DNA of 64,000 nt from Bacteroidales bacterium (GCA_027859205.1 JAQIBH010000071.1:5807-69806), one strand, 5' to 3'; positions 27,410 through 37,923 are shown, counted from the first letter of the stretch. Numbers and translations are program-made. The notes: generated by a model from the sequence alone, not told the origin.

Positions 27410-28615
27410 TTACAATTCTTCTTTAATAGCTTTTGCAAGTCGTTTTACTCCTTCTGTGGTTTTATCTTTTGGCATATAAGAAAAGTTAATTCTCATTGTA
27501 TTTTTTCCACTTCCATCGCAATGAAAAACGCTACCTATAACAAACGCTACATTATTATCAATTGCTTTTTGAAATAATATTTCAGCATCCATATTATTGG
27601 GCAAAGTAAGAAACAAGAACAGTCCACCTTCCGGTACAGTCCATTTCACACCATCAGGCATGTATTCATTGAAAGCTTTAAGCATGTTGTCTCGCTTTTC
27701 GTGATATTGAACTATTATTCCTTTTAGATTTTCATCAAAATAACCTTTTTCAATATACTTATGTACAATTTTTTGATTTAAAGTTGGAGTACATAAATCA
27801 GTTGACTGTTTAGCAGTTACAAATTTGTCAATTATTTTTTCATTAGCAACAACCCAGCCAATTCTAAATCCAGGCACAAATATTTTAGAAAAGGTACCAA
27901 GTAAAATAACATGACCAGAATTATCTAATTCATAAATTGTTTTTTGTGCTTTACCTTCAAAACGAATTTCACGATAAGGGCTATCTTCAACAATAAGAAC
28001 ATCAAATTCTTTGGCTATTGCAATAATTTCTAATCTGCGCGATTCAGGCATTGTTATACCTGCAGGGTTTTGAAAATCAGGAATTATATAAATAAATTTT
28101 GGTTTTATTCCTTTGGATTTTAATTCGGTAAGCTTTTCTTTTAGTAAATCTGCCCGCATGCCTTGATCATCGAATTTGATTCCTAACATTTCTGCACCAT
28201 ATGAGTTAAATGCACCTAATCCTCCAAGATAGGAAGGGAGTCCGCAGATAACTTTATCTCCTCGATTTATGAATATTTTAGCTAACAAATCTAATCCTTG
28301 CTGTGATGAGGTAGTTATTACCAGATTATTTAATTCGAGGTTTAATCCTTGATTTTTATATCTGTCGATTAATATTTGACGCAATTCCAAAACTCCTTCT
28401 GTTGCACCGTATTGTAGAGCAGCAGGGCCGTCGTTATCTAATACCTCACATGATATTTCTTTAAGTTGTTCAATAGGGAATGTTTCAGGAGCAGGTAATC
28501 CCCCTGCAAAAGAAATTATTTCTGGGCGTTGTGTAAGTTTAAGAAGTTCGCGGATGGCGGACTTTTTCATGCTTTTAATACTAACCGAATATATTTGTTC
28601 TAAATCACTAATCAT
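27410..28615 (-). CDS. PLP-dependent aminotransferase, class I/II (aminoadipate/aromatic aminotransferase-like)
   Basis: 401 aa. PDFQNPAG, VEDSPYREIRF, GTFSKIFVPGFRIGW (PLP lysine), RINFSY. Confidence 0.82.
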   Translation of the reverse strand: MISDLEQIYSVSIKSMKKSAIRELLKLTQRPEIISFAGGLPAPETFPIEQLKEISCEVLDNDGPAALQYGATEGVLELRQILIDRYKNQGLNLELNNLVITTSSQQGLDLLAKIFINRGDKVICGLPSYLGGLGAFNSYGAEMLGIKFDDQGMRADLLKEKLTELKSKGIKPKFIYIIPDFQNPAGITMPESRRLEIIAIAKEFDVLIVEDSPYREIRFEGKAQKTIYELDNSGHVILLGTFSKIFVPGFRIGWVVANEKIIDKFVTAKQSTDLCTPTLNQKIVHKYIEKGYFDENLKGIIVQYHEKRDNMLKAFNEYMPDGVKWTVPEGGLFLFLTLPNNMDAEILFQKAIDNNVAFVIGSVFHCDGSGKNTMRINFSYMPKDKTTEGVKRLAKAIKEEL

Positions 28616-28845
28616 TATAGCTATCCTCCAGGTATTTTTAATTGCTTAATATTAATTGTAAGATGTTGATGCGAAATTGCAAAAACAAGTTCGGATTAAC
28701 AAGAAATAAAATCTGTTATACAAAACATATTTAAATTCATATATTATTAATATAGATACTTTTTAAGCTTAATTACTATAATTGAATTTAGCAAAAATTA
28801 GTAATTAAGACGATTTTCAATCTGCTGTTAATATGTTTAAGGGTA

Positions 28846-28866
28846 TATATAGTCGAACGTGAAAAA
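28846..28866. repeat. IS terminal inverted repeat (left): TATATAGTCGAACGTGAAAAA
   Basis: Exact reverse complement of 30330-30350. Confidence 0.9.
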
Positions 28867-28876
28867 CCCCTCTTTT

Positions 28877-30235
28877 TCAATAAACAGTTTTTAGTTCCAA
28901 TTTTCTATTTATAAAAATAAAATTCCAAATTAAAATATAAATATATTGTGCTTCAGCCTTTAATCGCTGAAGCATTTTTCTCAAATTAAATCCTGCTGCT
29001 GCAAGAATGGTATTCATTTTATCTCCTTCTTCATCTAACAGGTAGTTTTTATTCATCCTGTGATCCTGTTTTAAATGTCCAATTATTGGTTCAATACCAG
29101 CACGAGCCCTAAATAATTTTCTTATTTTTTGTATTTGATACCTTGTGGCAGAAGTTGGTAATTTTTTAGGAATTATAATTTTAATACCATTGATAATTTT
29201 TCTTCCCCTATAACCTCTGTCAACTACCCCAAATTTTGGCTTTCGTTTTATGAGTCTTTCTGTTTGTTCTAATTGGGGTTCTAAAGTATCCCCATCATAA
29301 ATGTTTTCAGTAAAAGCCATGGCTCCAACTATAATACCTGATTTCTTTGTTTTTACAATAGAACTTTTATTGCCAAACTCATATTTTTTTGCTTCTTTCC
29401 CTTTTGCAATACAGTTGACATAGGGTTGATGTATACTATATATTTTATTTTTACCTTTCTTTTTCTGGATTAAAACATCACGAAAAATATCAAATAATTC
29501 CTTATACCTTTCATGTTGTTCATTATCTAATTTTCTGTGAAGATCTCGAAAAATCCTGCCTGCAATTACCTTGATTCTACGTCCTGCTGCTAAAGCTTTT
29601 TTTCTTCGCTTAGGATGATTGCGAAAACGTTGATCTATCATTAATTGTTTTAATTCTCGCTTATAGATTTGATGAAGCTGAATCTTTTCATCTTTGGCTA
29701 TCTTTCGGCATTTTTCAATAATCTTTTTCTGTAATTTTGCATCTGTTGGATAGGTAATATTTTTTTCCTGTACTGTTGTATCTATTAATACTTCCTTTTC
29801 GTAAATTTCTTTCTTGGTAAACAAATGGATTGACATTTTTAGAATTTGTTCTGCTCCTTCTTCTCCTATTCGATTACGAAATTTTATCAGTTCTGTCCTG
29901 TCAAATGGTAAGTTGTACTGAAAATAAACCTCCCCACAAAGATGTTGCCAATAGGGGTTTTCAACCCATCTTTCCAATACACTTTCGTCACTTTCATTAA
30001 ACATCCTTTTCAGAATTAATATTCCAGCAATTGTCCTAATTGGAATACTTGGACGTCCATTATCAATACAGTAGTATTTACTCAAGTTATCTTCTAAGGA
30101 ATCCCAATTTATTCTTCTGGAAAGTAAAACCAGTTGATGGTCGTCCTTTATAAAATGTTCAAGAGGTGTTTTAAACATTTCTAATTGCGGTGTTTTATCA
30201 ATTTTTGTGATCATTTCTAACAGGTTTTTACACAA
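28877..30235 (-). CDS. DDE transposase (InsH-N/DUF772-type N-terminus + DDE_Tnp_1-type core)
   Basis: 452 aa. GRPSIPIRTIAGILILKRMFNESDE, candidate DDE residues in LIDTTVQEKN, VVDRGYRG and AGIEPIIGHLKQDHRM. Confidence 0.85.
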   Translation of the reverse strand: MCKNLLEMITKIDKTPQLEMFKTPLEHFIKDDHQLVLLSRRINWDSLEDNLSKYYCIDNGRPSIPIRTIAGILILKRMFNESDESVLERWVENPYWQHLCGEVYFQYNLPFDRTELIKFRNRIGEEGAEQILKMSIHLFTKKEIYEKEVLIDTTVQEKNITYPTDAKLQKKIIEKCRKIAKDEKIQLHQIYKRELKQLMIDQRFRNHPKRRKKALAAGRRIKVIAGRIFRDLHRKLDNEQHERYKELFDIFRDVLIQKKKGKNKIYSIHQPYVNCIAKGKEAKKYEFGNKSSIVKTKKSGIIVGAMAFTENIYDGDTLEPQLEQTERLIKRKPKFGVVDRGYRGRKIINGIKIIIPKKLPTSATRYQIQKIRKLFRARAGIEPIIGHLKQDHRMNKNYLLDEEGDKMNTILAAAGFNLRKMLQRLKAEAQYIYILIWNFIFINRKLELKTVY

Positions 30236-30329
30236 TTTAGTAAAAAACTGTTAGTTTTGACTATATAAAAACAGCATAGTTATTAACATTACTTGTTAAT
30301 TATCAAAACGTTGAAAAACGAAAAAAACC

Positions 30330-30350
30330 TTTTTCACGTTCGACTATATA
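30330..30350. repeat. IS terminal inverted repeat (right): TTTTTCACGTTCGACTATATA
   Basis: Exact reverse complement of 28846-28866. Confidence 0.9.
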
Positions 30351-30367
30351 ATCAAATAAAAAAATGT

Positions 30368-30375
30368 TATTTTTG
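30368..30375 (+). promoter_or_regulatory. Putative -7 promoter box (TAttTTTG)
   Basis: Exact TAnnTTTG match 55 nt upstream of ATG 30431 and only 17 nt from the IS end. Confidence 0.4.
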
Positions 30376-30430
30376 TGCCCAAATTTGATATAGAAGGTTG
30401 CATTAGTAAAGTTTAATATTAATTAAAAAA

Positions 30431-30811
30431 ATGTCCATTCAAGGTAAAATTCTGGTTGTTGATGATATTTCTACACATTTATTATTACTAAGAACCATAT
30501 TAAATGATGAGGGTTTTGATGCAGATACTACGGATAAACCTAAGACGGTTATAGAACTTTTAGTTAAAAATAATTATCAGGTATTATTGCTTGATATTAT
30601 GATGCCGGGAATGGATGGTTTTCAAGTATTGGAAGAAATTAAATCGTATAAACAGCTTTCATCGGTAAATGTTATTATTATATCGGCCAAAACGGATTCT
30701 TGGAGTATAAAGAATGCAATGGATAGAGGAGCCTTCGATTATATTACGAAACCAATAAATGTTCAAGACCTTAAAATTAAAGTTCAATCTGCAATGATTG
30801 AAAAGATCTAG
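30431..30811 (+). CDS. Single-domain response regulator (CheY-like receiver)
   Basis: 126 aa. ILVVDD, LLLDIMMPGMDG phospho-acceptor region, IIISAK, no output domain. Confidence 0.88.
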   Translation: MSIQGKILVVDDISTHLLLLRTILNDEGFDADTTDKPKTVIELLVKNNYQVLLLDIMMPGMDGFQVLEEIKSYKQLSSVNVIIISAKTDSWSIKNAMDRGAFDYITKPINVQDLKIKVQSAMIEKI

Positions 30812-30905
30812 TTAAAATTATAATAATTATACGTGTTTTTGAAAATCTAGTTTCTGAATTAAAATATTTTATAAAAATTAACCCTAATATTAATAAACCC
30901 AAATT

Positions 30906-32144
30906 ATGAAAAAGCAATTATTTATTTTTTTAATTATTGTTTGTTTCCCTGTGATGTTAATTTCTCAGGAAACAGAGGATAAAACGAGTGTAACTTTCAG
31001 TGGATTTGTTCGATATGAATTATTCTTCGATACATATGAATCGGTCGATACTCGAGATGGAGAAGTTTATTTATATCCTTTAAGTGAATATGCCGATTTA
31101 AATGGTAATGATATTAATAATAATTACACATTAAACATGTTAGGCTTACAAGCAAGACCTAGAATTTCGGCTACAGGTCCTAATGCATTTGGTGCTAAAG
31201 TAACAGGAGTATTGGAAGGAGACTTTCTTGGTGTCTCTCAAGCGGATTCAAGAATGCTACGCCTTCGTCATGGTTTCTTAAATTTAAAATGGGAAAACTC
31301 GGCCCTTTTAATGGGTCATACATGGCATCCAATGTTTGTTACGGAATGTTTCCCAGCCACAGTTTCAATGGGTGCTGGTGTTCCTTTTCATGTTTTAAAT
31401 CGTGCTCCACAAGTAAGATATACAGCGTATTTAGGAAAGTCTATGTCGGTAATGGGAGCATTGCTTATACATGGTTATCATAAAAGCGTAGGCCCTGCCG
31501 AAGCTCAAAGAAATTCTAGTTTACCTGATGCACAAGTTCAATTTAAATTTAAAAATGATGTTGTGTTTTCTTCATTTACTGCGGGATATAAATGGTTAAC
31601 CCCCAGACTTGAAACAACCGATGATGTAAAAACGAATGAAACAATAGGAAGTTTTAATGTTGCTGCAAACACAAAACTTTCATTTGATCCAATTACGATT
31701 AAGTTTGAAGGTATTTATGGGCAGAATCTTACGCATTTTGTAATGATTGGCGGTTACGGCGCTACTGAGGCTCCAACAGGACCTACAAGAATTGATGATT
31801 ATGAATATACTAATATAAACACAATGTCGGTATGGACAGATGTAGCATTAAATCTTGATTTTATGGAGGTTGCATTATTTGGAGGTTATTCTTCGAATTT
31901 AGGTGCGAAAGGCGATTATTATGCTCTTGCTGGATATACAAGAGGAGGAGATATTAAGAGTATTTTTAGAGTTTCTCCAAGAGTAATTGTTAAATCGGGG
32001 AAAGTAGATTTTGGTCTTGAATATATGATTACTGGTGCCGTTTATGGTACTTTAGATATTGCTAACAATGATTATTTTTTTACTGATACTAATAAACCCA
32101 CAATTAATAATAGAATGATTTTTACTGCTCGATATAAATTTTAA
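30906..32144 (+). CDS. Putative outer-membrane beta-barrel porin
   Basis: 412 aa. Signal peptide, alternating amphipathic beta-strand pattern, C-terminal FTARYKF. Confidence 0.5.
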   Translation: MKKQLFIFLIIVCFPVMLISQETEDKTSVTFSGFVRYELFFDTYESVDTRDGEVYLYPLSEYADLNGNDINNNYTLNMLGLQARPRISATGPNAFGAKVTGVLEGDFLGVSQADSRMLRLRHGFLNLKWENSALLMGHTWHPMFVTECFPATVSMGAGVPFHVLNRAPQVRYTAYLGKSMSVMGALLIHGYHKSVGPAEAQRNSSLPDAQVQFKFKNDVVFSSFTAGYKWLTPRLETTDDVKTNETIGSFNVAANTKLSFDPITIKFEGIYGQNLTHFVMIGGYGATEAPTGPTRIDDYEYTNINTMSVWTDVALNLDFMEVALFGGYSSNLGAKGDYYALAGYTRGGDIKSIFRVSPRVIVKSGKVDFGLEYMITGAVYGTLDIANNDYFFTDTNKPTINNRMIFTARYKF

Positions 32145-32167
32145 TAAGTTCGTCAAATAATAGAAAA

Positions 32168-32195
32168 AGGAAAGCATTCTAGCTTTCCTTTTTTA
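32168..32195 (+). terminator. Rho-independent terminator
   Basis: AGGAAAGC-attcta-GCTTTCCT hairpin followed by TTTTT. An A-run upstream makes it potentially bidirectional. Confidence 0.75.
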
Positions 32196-32218
32196 TTATA
32201 ATTTATTTTGCACCTTTT

Positions 32219-32965
32219 TTATAGATTCTTAATATTAATGCAATGGTTAATTACCATTTTACATGCATTATTATTACCTAGTTCACATGCTTTGTGAAAA
32301 TCATCGCAAGCTTCAAGTTGTTTATCTTGTTTAAAATTTATCATTCCTCTGTTGTAGTATGCAAAAGGGTTTTTAGGGTCAATTTCAATAACTGCATTAA
32401 AATCCCTTAAAGCTTCAGGGTGATCATCGTTTTGGTAATAAAGAAATCCACGGTACAAATATACATTTGGATTAGTATTATCTAATTGAATTGCTTTTGA
32501 ATAATCGTTTAATGCAGCATCATTTTCAAGAAGTTTTTGATATGCAGCACCTCTATTTACATATATCTTACCTTCCAAAATTTTATCGTTAAGTCCTTGT
32601 GCTAAATCGAGAGCTCGAATAAAATCTTCAATGGCGTTTGAGAATTTATTTCTTTTGATATAAATTATTCCTCTTGTTAAATAAAACTCAGGATAATCTG
32701 AATTCTTTTTAATAGCTTCATCGATAATTTTCCCAGCCTTTTTATAATCCTCGGTTAATATAAATAAATTTGCTTTTCCGTCAATTGCAGGAGCATATGA
32801 AGGTAAATAATCTAAAGCTTCATCGAATTTTTCAAATGCTTCGTCATATCTATTCAACTCAACTAAATCATTGCCCAATGTAACTAAAGATTTAACATCG
32901 GCTTGCGAGTAAACAGAAATATTTATAGAAATTATTAATGAAAATAAAAAGAGATATTGCTTCAT
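32219..32965 (-). CDS. Exported tetratricopeptide-repeat protein
   Basis: 248 aa. Signal peptide, then about six 34-aa repeats with the A..YN.G......Y..A...F..A pattern. Confidence 0.8.
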   Translation of the reverse strand: MKQYLFLFSLIISINISVYSQADVKSLVTLGNDLVELNRYDEAFEKFDEALDYLPSYAPAIDGKANLFILTEDYKKAGKIIDEAIKKNSDYPEFYLTRGIIYIKRNKFSNAIEDFIRALDLAQGLNDKILEGKIYVNRGAAYQKLLENDAALNDYSKAIQLDNTNPNVYLYRGFLYYQNDDHPEALRDFNAVIEIDPKNPFAYYNRGMINFKQDKQLEACDDFHKACELGNNNACKMVINHCINIKNL

Positions 32966-33030
32966 TTTGTGCTAATTTTTATAGGATGCTTTACATGATA
33001 AATTTACTAAATATTTTTTGATATTTAAGT

Positions 33031-33651
33031 TTAAATTGAAGATTCAAATATAGTTCTGTTAACAATTGATCTTCCTAAGGTAATTTCATCAGCGTATTCT
33101 AGTTCATCTCCAATAGAAACTCCGCGTGCAAGAGTTGTAATTTTAATTTTATAGTTTTTAAATTTTTTAAAAAGATAAAAATTGGTTGTATCACCTTCCA
33201 TTGTAGTACTTAAAGCAAGAATTAATTCCTTTACTTTACCTTCCTTTATCTTTTGATATAAGCTGTCAATTTTTAAATCATTTGGTCCAATTCCGTCCAT
33301 TGGTGAAATAATTCCTCCAAGTACATGGTATAGTCCATTAAATTGTTGTGTATTTTCAACAGACATCAAGTCCCGGGCATTTTCGACAACACAAATAACA
33401 GAACTGTTGCGTGATGAATTATTACAGATATTACAAATGTCAGTATCTGAAATTGTATTACAACTTTTACAATGTTTTATTTCATTTCGGAGTTTAACTA
33501 TTGTTTCACCAAATTTATTTACATCTTCCTTATCTTGATTTAATAAATGTAGTACTAATCTTAATGCTGTTTTTCTGCCAATTCCAGGTAGTTTGGCAAA
33601 TTCATCTACGGCGCTTTCTAATAATTTTGATGTAAAATTCTGAATATTCAT
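33031..33651 (-). CDS. recR: Recombination protein RecR
   Basis: 206 aa. LPGIGRKTA helix-hairpin-helix, C4 finger [16 protein letters not shown], Toprim VVENARD. Confidence 0.92.
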   Translation of the reverse strand: MNIQNFTSKLLESAVDEFAKLPGIGRKTALRLVLHLLNQDKEDVNKFGETIVKLRNEIKHCKSCNTISDTDICNICNNSSRNSSVICVVENARDLMSVENTQQFNGLYHVLGGIISPMDGIGPNDLKIDSLYQKIKEGKVKELILALSTTMEGDTTNFYLFKKFKNYKIKITTLARGVSIGDELEYADEITLGRSIVNRTIFESSI

Positions 33652-33676
33652 TTTAAATTTAGTAATTAATTTAGCT

Positions 33677-33684
33677 CAAAAATA
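33677..33684 (-). promoter_or_regulatory. Putative -7 promoter box (TATTTTTG on minus strand)
   Basis: The plus strand reads CAAAAATA, 25 nt upstream of the recR ATG. Confidence 0.45.
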
Positions 33685-33840
33685 ATATCTAATAGAGCGA
33701 TTCGCAATTTTTTGTTAGAATTGTTTTTATTATTCTTGTAAGATAAATAGATATATTAAAAATATATTTTGTAAATCAAGTATTTATAAGTTTTAACTTT
33801 AGTCATTTTAAATATTTTAAGCACTTTTTAATTCAATTTT

Positions 33841-35283
33841 ATGTCACCTTATCTTATATTATTCATTATCATATCATATTTTTTGGTGCTTATTTCTATT
33901 TCTTATTTTACAAGTAAGAACGCCAATAGCGAATCTTTCTTTTTGGGAAACAGAAAGTCTCCCTGGTATATAGTGGCATTTGGAATGATAAGCGCTTCAC
34001 TTTCAGGTGTTACTTTCATTTCAGTGCCTGGGTGGGTTGTAAGTAGTAATTTTTCGTACATGCAAATGGTTTTGGGATATTTAGTTGGATACGCAGTTAT
34101 AGCCAATGTTTTAATGCCTATGTATTATCGATTAAACTTAACATCAATTTATACATATCTTGGTCAACGATTCGGAAAGTATTCATATAAAACTGGCTCG
34201 TCGTTTTTCTTACTATCAAGAGTTATTGGAGCTTCATTTAGATTGTTTCTTGTTGCGAATGTTCTGCAAATAGTTGTTTTTAATTCTTTAGAAATACCTT
34301 TTTGGATTACGGTAGTATTAACCATAATGTTAATTTGGCTATATACATTTAAAGGTGGAATTAAAACGATAATTTGGACCGATAGTTTGCAAACAATTTT
34401 TATGTTGCTAGCTGTTGCAGTAACCATTGTTTTAATAAGTAAAAATTTAAACCTTGATTTTAAAGGTTTAGTTAATACGGTAGTTGAAAATGAGCATTCT
34501 AAACTGTTTTATTTTGACGATTTAAAAGGAGCTAATTTCTTTTTAAAACAATTTTTTGCTGGAGCTTTTATTGCAATTGTAATGACAGGATTGGATCAAG
34601 ATATGATGCAAAAAAATCTTAGTTGCAAAAATATTCATGAGGCCAAAAAGAATATGTATTGGTTAAGTTTTGCACTTGTTCCTGTTAACTTAATGTTCAT
34701 GTCACTAGGTGTTTTGTTGGTCGTTTTTGCACAAAAAAATGGAATTGCTATTCCTGAACGAACCGATGATTTATTTCCATTAATTGCTACTCAAGCTTAT
34801 TTAAGTCCGGTAGTTGCAGTATTTTTTATTATTGGATTGGTTGCTGCTGCATATAGTAGCGCTGATTCTGCTTTAACAGCTTTAACTACATCATTTACAG
34901 TTGATATATTAAATACGCAGAATAAATCAGAAAAAGAGTTAAAATCAATTCGGACAAAAGTTCATGTTGGTGTATCGGTAGTATTGGTAATTGTAATTCT
35001 GATATTTAATGCCATAAACAACGAAAGTGTAATAAGCGCCATATTTAAAGTTGCAGGATATACTTATGGCCCGCTTTTAGGAATGTATGCTTTTGGATTA
35101 TTTACTAAATATAAAATAAATGATAAATATGTTCCTCTTGTAGCAATTGTTTCACCTATAATATGTTTTGTATTTAGTCATTTTTCTCAAATAATTCTTG
35201 GAGGCTATCAAATTGGGTTTGAGTTATTAATTTTGAATGGATTTATTACTTTTATTGGATTATTGCTTATAAAAGTTAGATAA
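33841..35283 (+). CDS. Sodium:solute symporter (SSS) family transporter
   Basis: 480 aa, polytopic. FFLGNRKSPWY near the N-terminus and GGIKTIIWTDSLQ are typical of SSS carriers. Confidence 0.8.
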   Translation: MSPYLILFIIISYFLVLISISYFTSKNANSESFFLGNRKSPWYIVAFGMISASLSGVTFISVPGWVVSSNFSYMQMVLGYLVGYAVIANVLMPMYYRLNLTSIYTYLGQRFGKYSYKTGSSFFLLSRVIGASFRLFLVANVLQIVVFNSLEIPFWITVVLTIMLIWLYTFKGGIKTIIWTDSLQTIFMLLAVAVTIVLISKNLNLDFKGLVNTVVENEHSKLFYFDDLKGANFFLKQFFAGAFIAIVMTGLDQDMMQKNLSCKNIHEAKKNMYWLSFALVPVNLMFMSLGVLLVVFAQKNGIAIPERTDDLFPLIATQAYLSPVVAVFFIIGLVAAAYSSADSALTALTTSFTVDILNTQNKSEKELKSIRTKVHVGVSVVLVIVILIFNAINNESVISAIFKVAGYTYGPLLGMYAFGLFTKYKINDKYVPLVAIVSPIICFVFSHFSQIILGGYQIGFELLILNGFITFIGLLLIKVR

Positions 35284-35396
35284 GAATCTTAATTATTTAG
35301 AAAACTTCAGATATAAAAACACGGTTGGCTTAATTTTTGAGTTTGACTTTTAACCTAATCAAACACTTTAATTTATTAACCATAGTTTCCCTTTTT

Positions 35397-36059
35397 ATGA
35401 AAAAATCTGTTTCACTATTATTGTTTGCGTGTATTTATTTAAATACTTTTTTAGCATTTTCTCAACTAGACGAGGAGATTCCTGGCTACGAAATTAGCAT
35501 AGATTATGGAATATTTAATTCTTTAAATAGTTCAATACATGAGAACTTGACTGGAAACAAATTAAGTTTTCAAGTTGCGATTTTTTCTTTATCTGATTTT
35601 GGATTTAGAACGGGGATCTCATCTTTTACTAATTTAGAGGGAAGTGACAAGTTTTATACTATTCCATTATGCATTACTTATAGAACGGGAATTTATAGGA
35701 GAAGTAATGTTGTTGGTTCCTTAACGGATTTGATTTTAGTTTTTATGCCTATGCAAGCTGAATTTAATTTTGGAACTAATATCGGTTACATTGAACCTGA
35801 TAATAATTTAGGACTATCAAGTATTAATGGTGGGCCATGGATTCAACGAGGATATCAAGCAGAACAAAGGTTTGTATCTACAATAGATTTAGGTTTACGG
35901 TTTAATTATAAGATAAAACGTATTAGTATTGTTCTATCTCCTATAGAAAGCTATATTCTAAGCCAAAATTTTAAATATTATTCAGAAGACGAATTCGACA
36001 ATGGCTATACTCCACAATGGTTTTTATCATTTACATTTGGGGTGTCGTATCAATTTTAA
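35397..36059 (+). CDS. Hypothetical outer-membrane beta-barrel protein
   Basis: Start moved to ATG 35397 (MKKSVSLLLFACIY signal). Beta-strand-rich with C-terminal GVSYQF. Confidence 0.4.
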   Translation: MKKSVSLLLFACIYLNTFLAFSQLDEEIPGYEISIDYGIFNSLNSSIHENLTGNKLSFQVAIFSLSDFGFRTGISSFTNLEGSDKFYTIPLCITYRTGIYRRSNVVGSLTDLILVFMPMQAEFNFGTNIGYIEPDNNLGLSSINGGPWIQRGYQAEQRFVSTIDLGLRFNYKIKRISIVLSPIESYILSQNFKYYSEDEFDNGYTPQWFLSFTFGVSYQF

Positions 36060-36077
36060 GATTATATATCAAAAATA

Positions 36078-36100
36078 CTCTTGAATTTCAAGAGCATTTT
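36078..36100. terminator. Bidirectional Rho-independent terminator between convergent genes
   Basis: Palindrome CTCTTGAA-t-TTCAAGAG, with a T-run after it on the plus strand and an A-run before it. Confidence 0.6.
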
Positions 36101-36106
36101 TATTAT

Positions 36107-37888
36107 TTATTTATTTACATTCCGATATATCTCAGCAATAATCTGTTTGTATTTATCGTAAACAAAACCTCGTTTTAGTTTCTGTGTAGGCGATAATTCT
36201 CCTGTTTCTGGGCTCCATTCTTCGCAAACAAGTCTAAACCTTTTAATTTTTTCGTGCTCGCCAAGTGTAACATTGTATTTATTTACCTCTTTCTGATAGC
36301 GGTTTATAACCACAGGCATCTGAACTAAATCTTTATTTTCTCGATATTGAACTTTATGCATTGTACACCAATCATGTAAAAATTTAAAATTTGGAGATAA
36401 TAAAGCACTAGCAAATTTTTCATTTTCTCCAATAACCATTAACTGCTCAATAAAAAATGATTCTTTAAATTTATTCTCAATAACCTGAGGAGCAATGTAT
36501 TTTCCACTTGAGGATTTAAACATTTCTTTTTTACGATCGGTAATTTTCAGAAAGCCCTCTTTATCAAGATGTCCAATATCACCGGTATGAAACCAACCAT
36601 CTTTATCAATAACTTCACTGGTAAGTTCAGGATCTTTATAATAACCTAACATCAAATTCGGACCTTTGGATAAAATCTCACCGTCATCTGCAATTTTAAC
36701 CTCAATATTTTCAAGTAATGGTCCAACCGTTCCAAATTTGCTAGCAGCTGGCGTTTGAGTATTTACTGCAATTACCGGAGAAGTCTCAGTTAAACCATAA
36801 CCTTCTAATACTGTAAATCCTACAGCCCAGAATATTTTTGCTAATCGTACTTGCAAAGCAGCACCACCGCAAACGATTAAAATATCTTCACCGCCCAATG
36901 CTTCTTTCCACTTACTGAAAATCAGTTTGCGCGCAATTTTAAGTTTGAAATTATAAAAATATCGATACTTATTATTAATACGATATCTTAAACCCAGATT
37001 AACTGCCCAGAAAAAGATTTGTTTTTTAATGTAAGGAAGGTTACGACCTTTTCCAATTATTCCGTCATATACTCTCTCCAATAAACGTGGAACTGTACCA
37101 AACATATGTGGTTTTACCTCTTTAATATCAGTTGTAATTGTTCCAAGGCTCTCAGCATAATATATGCTCATACCTTTGTATTGCATTTTATAAGTCAGTA
37201 TCCGCTCTAATACATGACATAAGGGTAAAAAACTTAATGCTTTATGTCCAACACCTAAACTATGTGCTTTTGCAGCGCTAACAAAATTTGAAACCAAATT
37301 CTTGTGAGAAAGCATAACGCCTTTCGGATTTCCTGTTGTTCCCGAAGTGTAAATTAAAGTAACCATTTCATCCTTTTCAATGCCAGCTTTAATTTTTAAT
37401 ACTTCGTTTTTGTATTTTTCTTCGTTCTTTTTCCCTTCTGCAATTATAGTTTTCCATGATGTTAATTCCTCAATGTCATCAAATGAATAAACTGATTTTA
37501 AAGAATCAACCTTTTTTACAACAGAACTTATTTTACTCCATAGTGTTTTACTTGATACAATTACTGCTTTTGCCTCCGAGTTATTAAATATATACTCATA
37601 TTCATCTTCACTTATAGTTGGATATACGGGGACATGAATTACACCAATTTGTGCCATTCCCAGATCAACAAAATTCCACTCGGGTCGATTATTTGATATC
37701 GTAGCAATTTTATCTCCTTTTTTAAATCCTAAAGCTAAAAGGCCATAGCTTACTAAATTCGCATTATTAATATAGTCGGCGGAACTGTATTTTACCCATT
37801 TGCCATTTTCCTTACCGGCTAGGGCATCACTTATATTATATAATTCTTGATATCTGTTTAGTAAATCAAAAGTTCTGGTTACATTCAT
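36107..37888 (-). CDS. Long-chain fatty acid-CoA ligase (AMP-dependent synthetase)
   Basis: 593 aa. AMP-binding motif YTSGTTGNPKGV, GYGLTE, TGDIG, and a lysine-containing C-terminal motif. Confidence 0.85.
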   Translation of the reverse strand: MNVTRTFDLLNRYQELYNISDALAGKENGKWVKYSSADYINNANLVSYGLLALGFKKGDKIATISNNRPEWNFVDLGMAQIGVIHVPVYPTISEDEYEYIFNNSEAKAVIVSSKTLWSKISSVVKKVDSLKSVYSFDDIEELTSWKTIIAEGKKNEEKYKNEVLKIKAGIEKDEMVTLIYTSGTTGNPKGVMLSHKNLVSNFVSAAKAHSLGVGHKALSFLPLCHVLERILTYKMQYKGMSIYYAESLGTITTDIKEVKPHMFGTVPRLLERVYDGIIGKGRNLPYIKKQIFFWAVNLGLRYRINNKYRYFYNFKLKIARKLIFSKWKEALGGEDILIVCGGAALQVRLAKIFWAVGFTVLEGYGLTETSPVIAVNTQTPAASKFGTVGPLLENIEVKIADDGEILSKGPNLMLGYYKDPELTSEVIDKDGWFHTGDIGHLDKEGFLKITDRKKEMFKSSSGKYIAPQVIENKFKESFFIEQLMVIGENEKFASALLSPNFKFLHDWCTMHKVQYRENKDLVQMPVVINRYQKEVNKYNVTLGEHEKIKRFRLVCEEWSPETGELSPTQKLKRGFVYDKYKQIIAEIYRNVNK

Positions 37889-37915
37889 AGTCTAAAATTT
37901 TTAGGATTTGGATTT

Positions 37916-37923
37916 CAAATATA
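37916..37923 (-). promoter_or_regulatory. Putative -7 promoter box (TATATTTG on minus strand)
   Basis: The plus strand reads CAAATATA, 27 nt upstream of ATG 37888. Confidence 0.45.

Larger units (their letters stand above)
28846..30350 (-). mobile_element. Insertion sequence, IS4/IS5 superfamily (IS5-like), apparently intact
   Basis: 1505 bp with one DDE transposase ORF, bounded by perfect 21-bp terminal inverted repeats. Confidence 0.85.
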
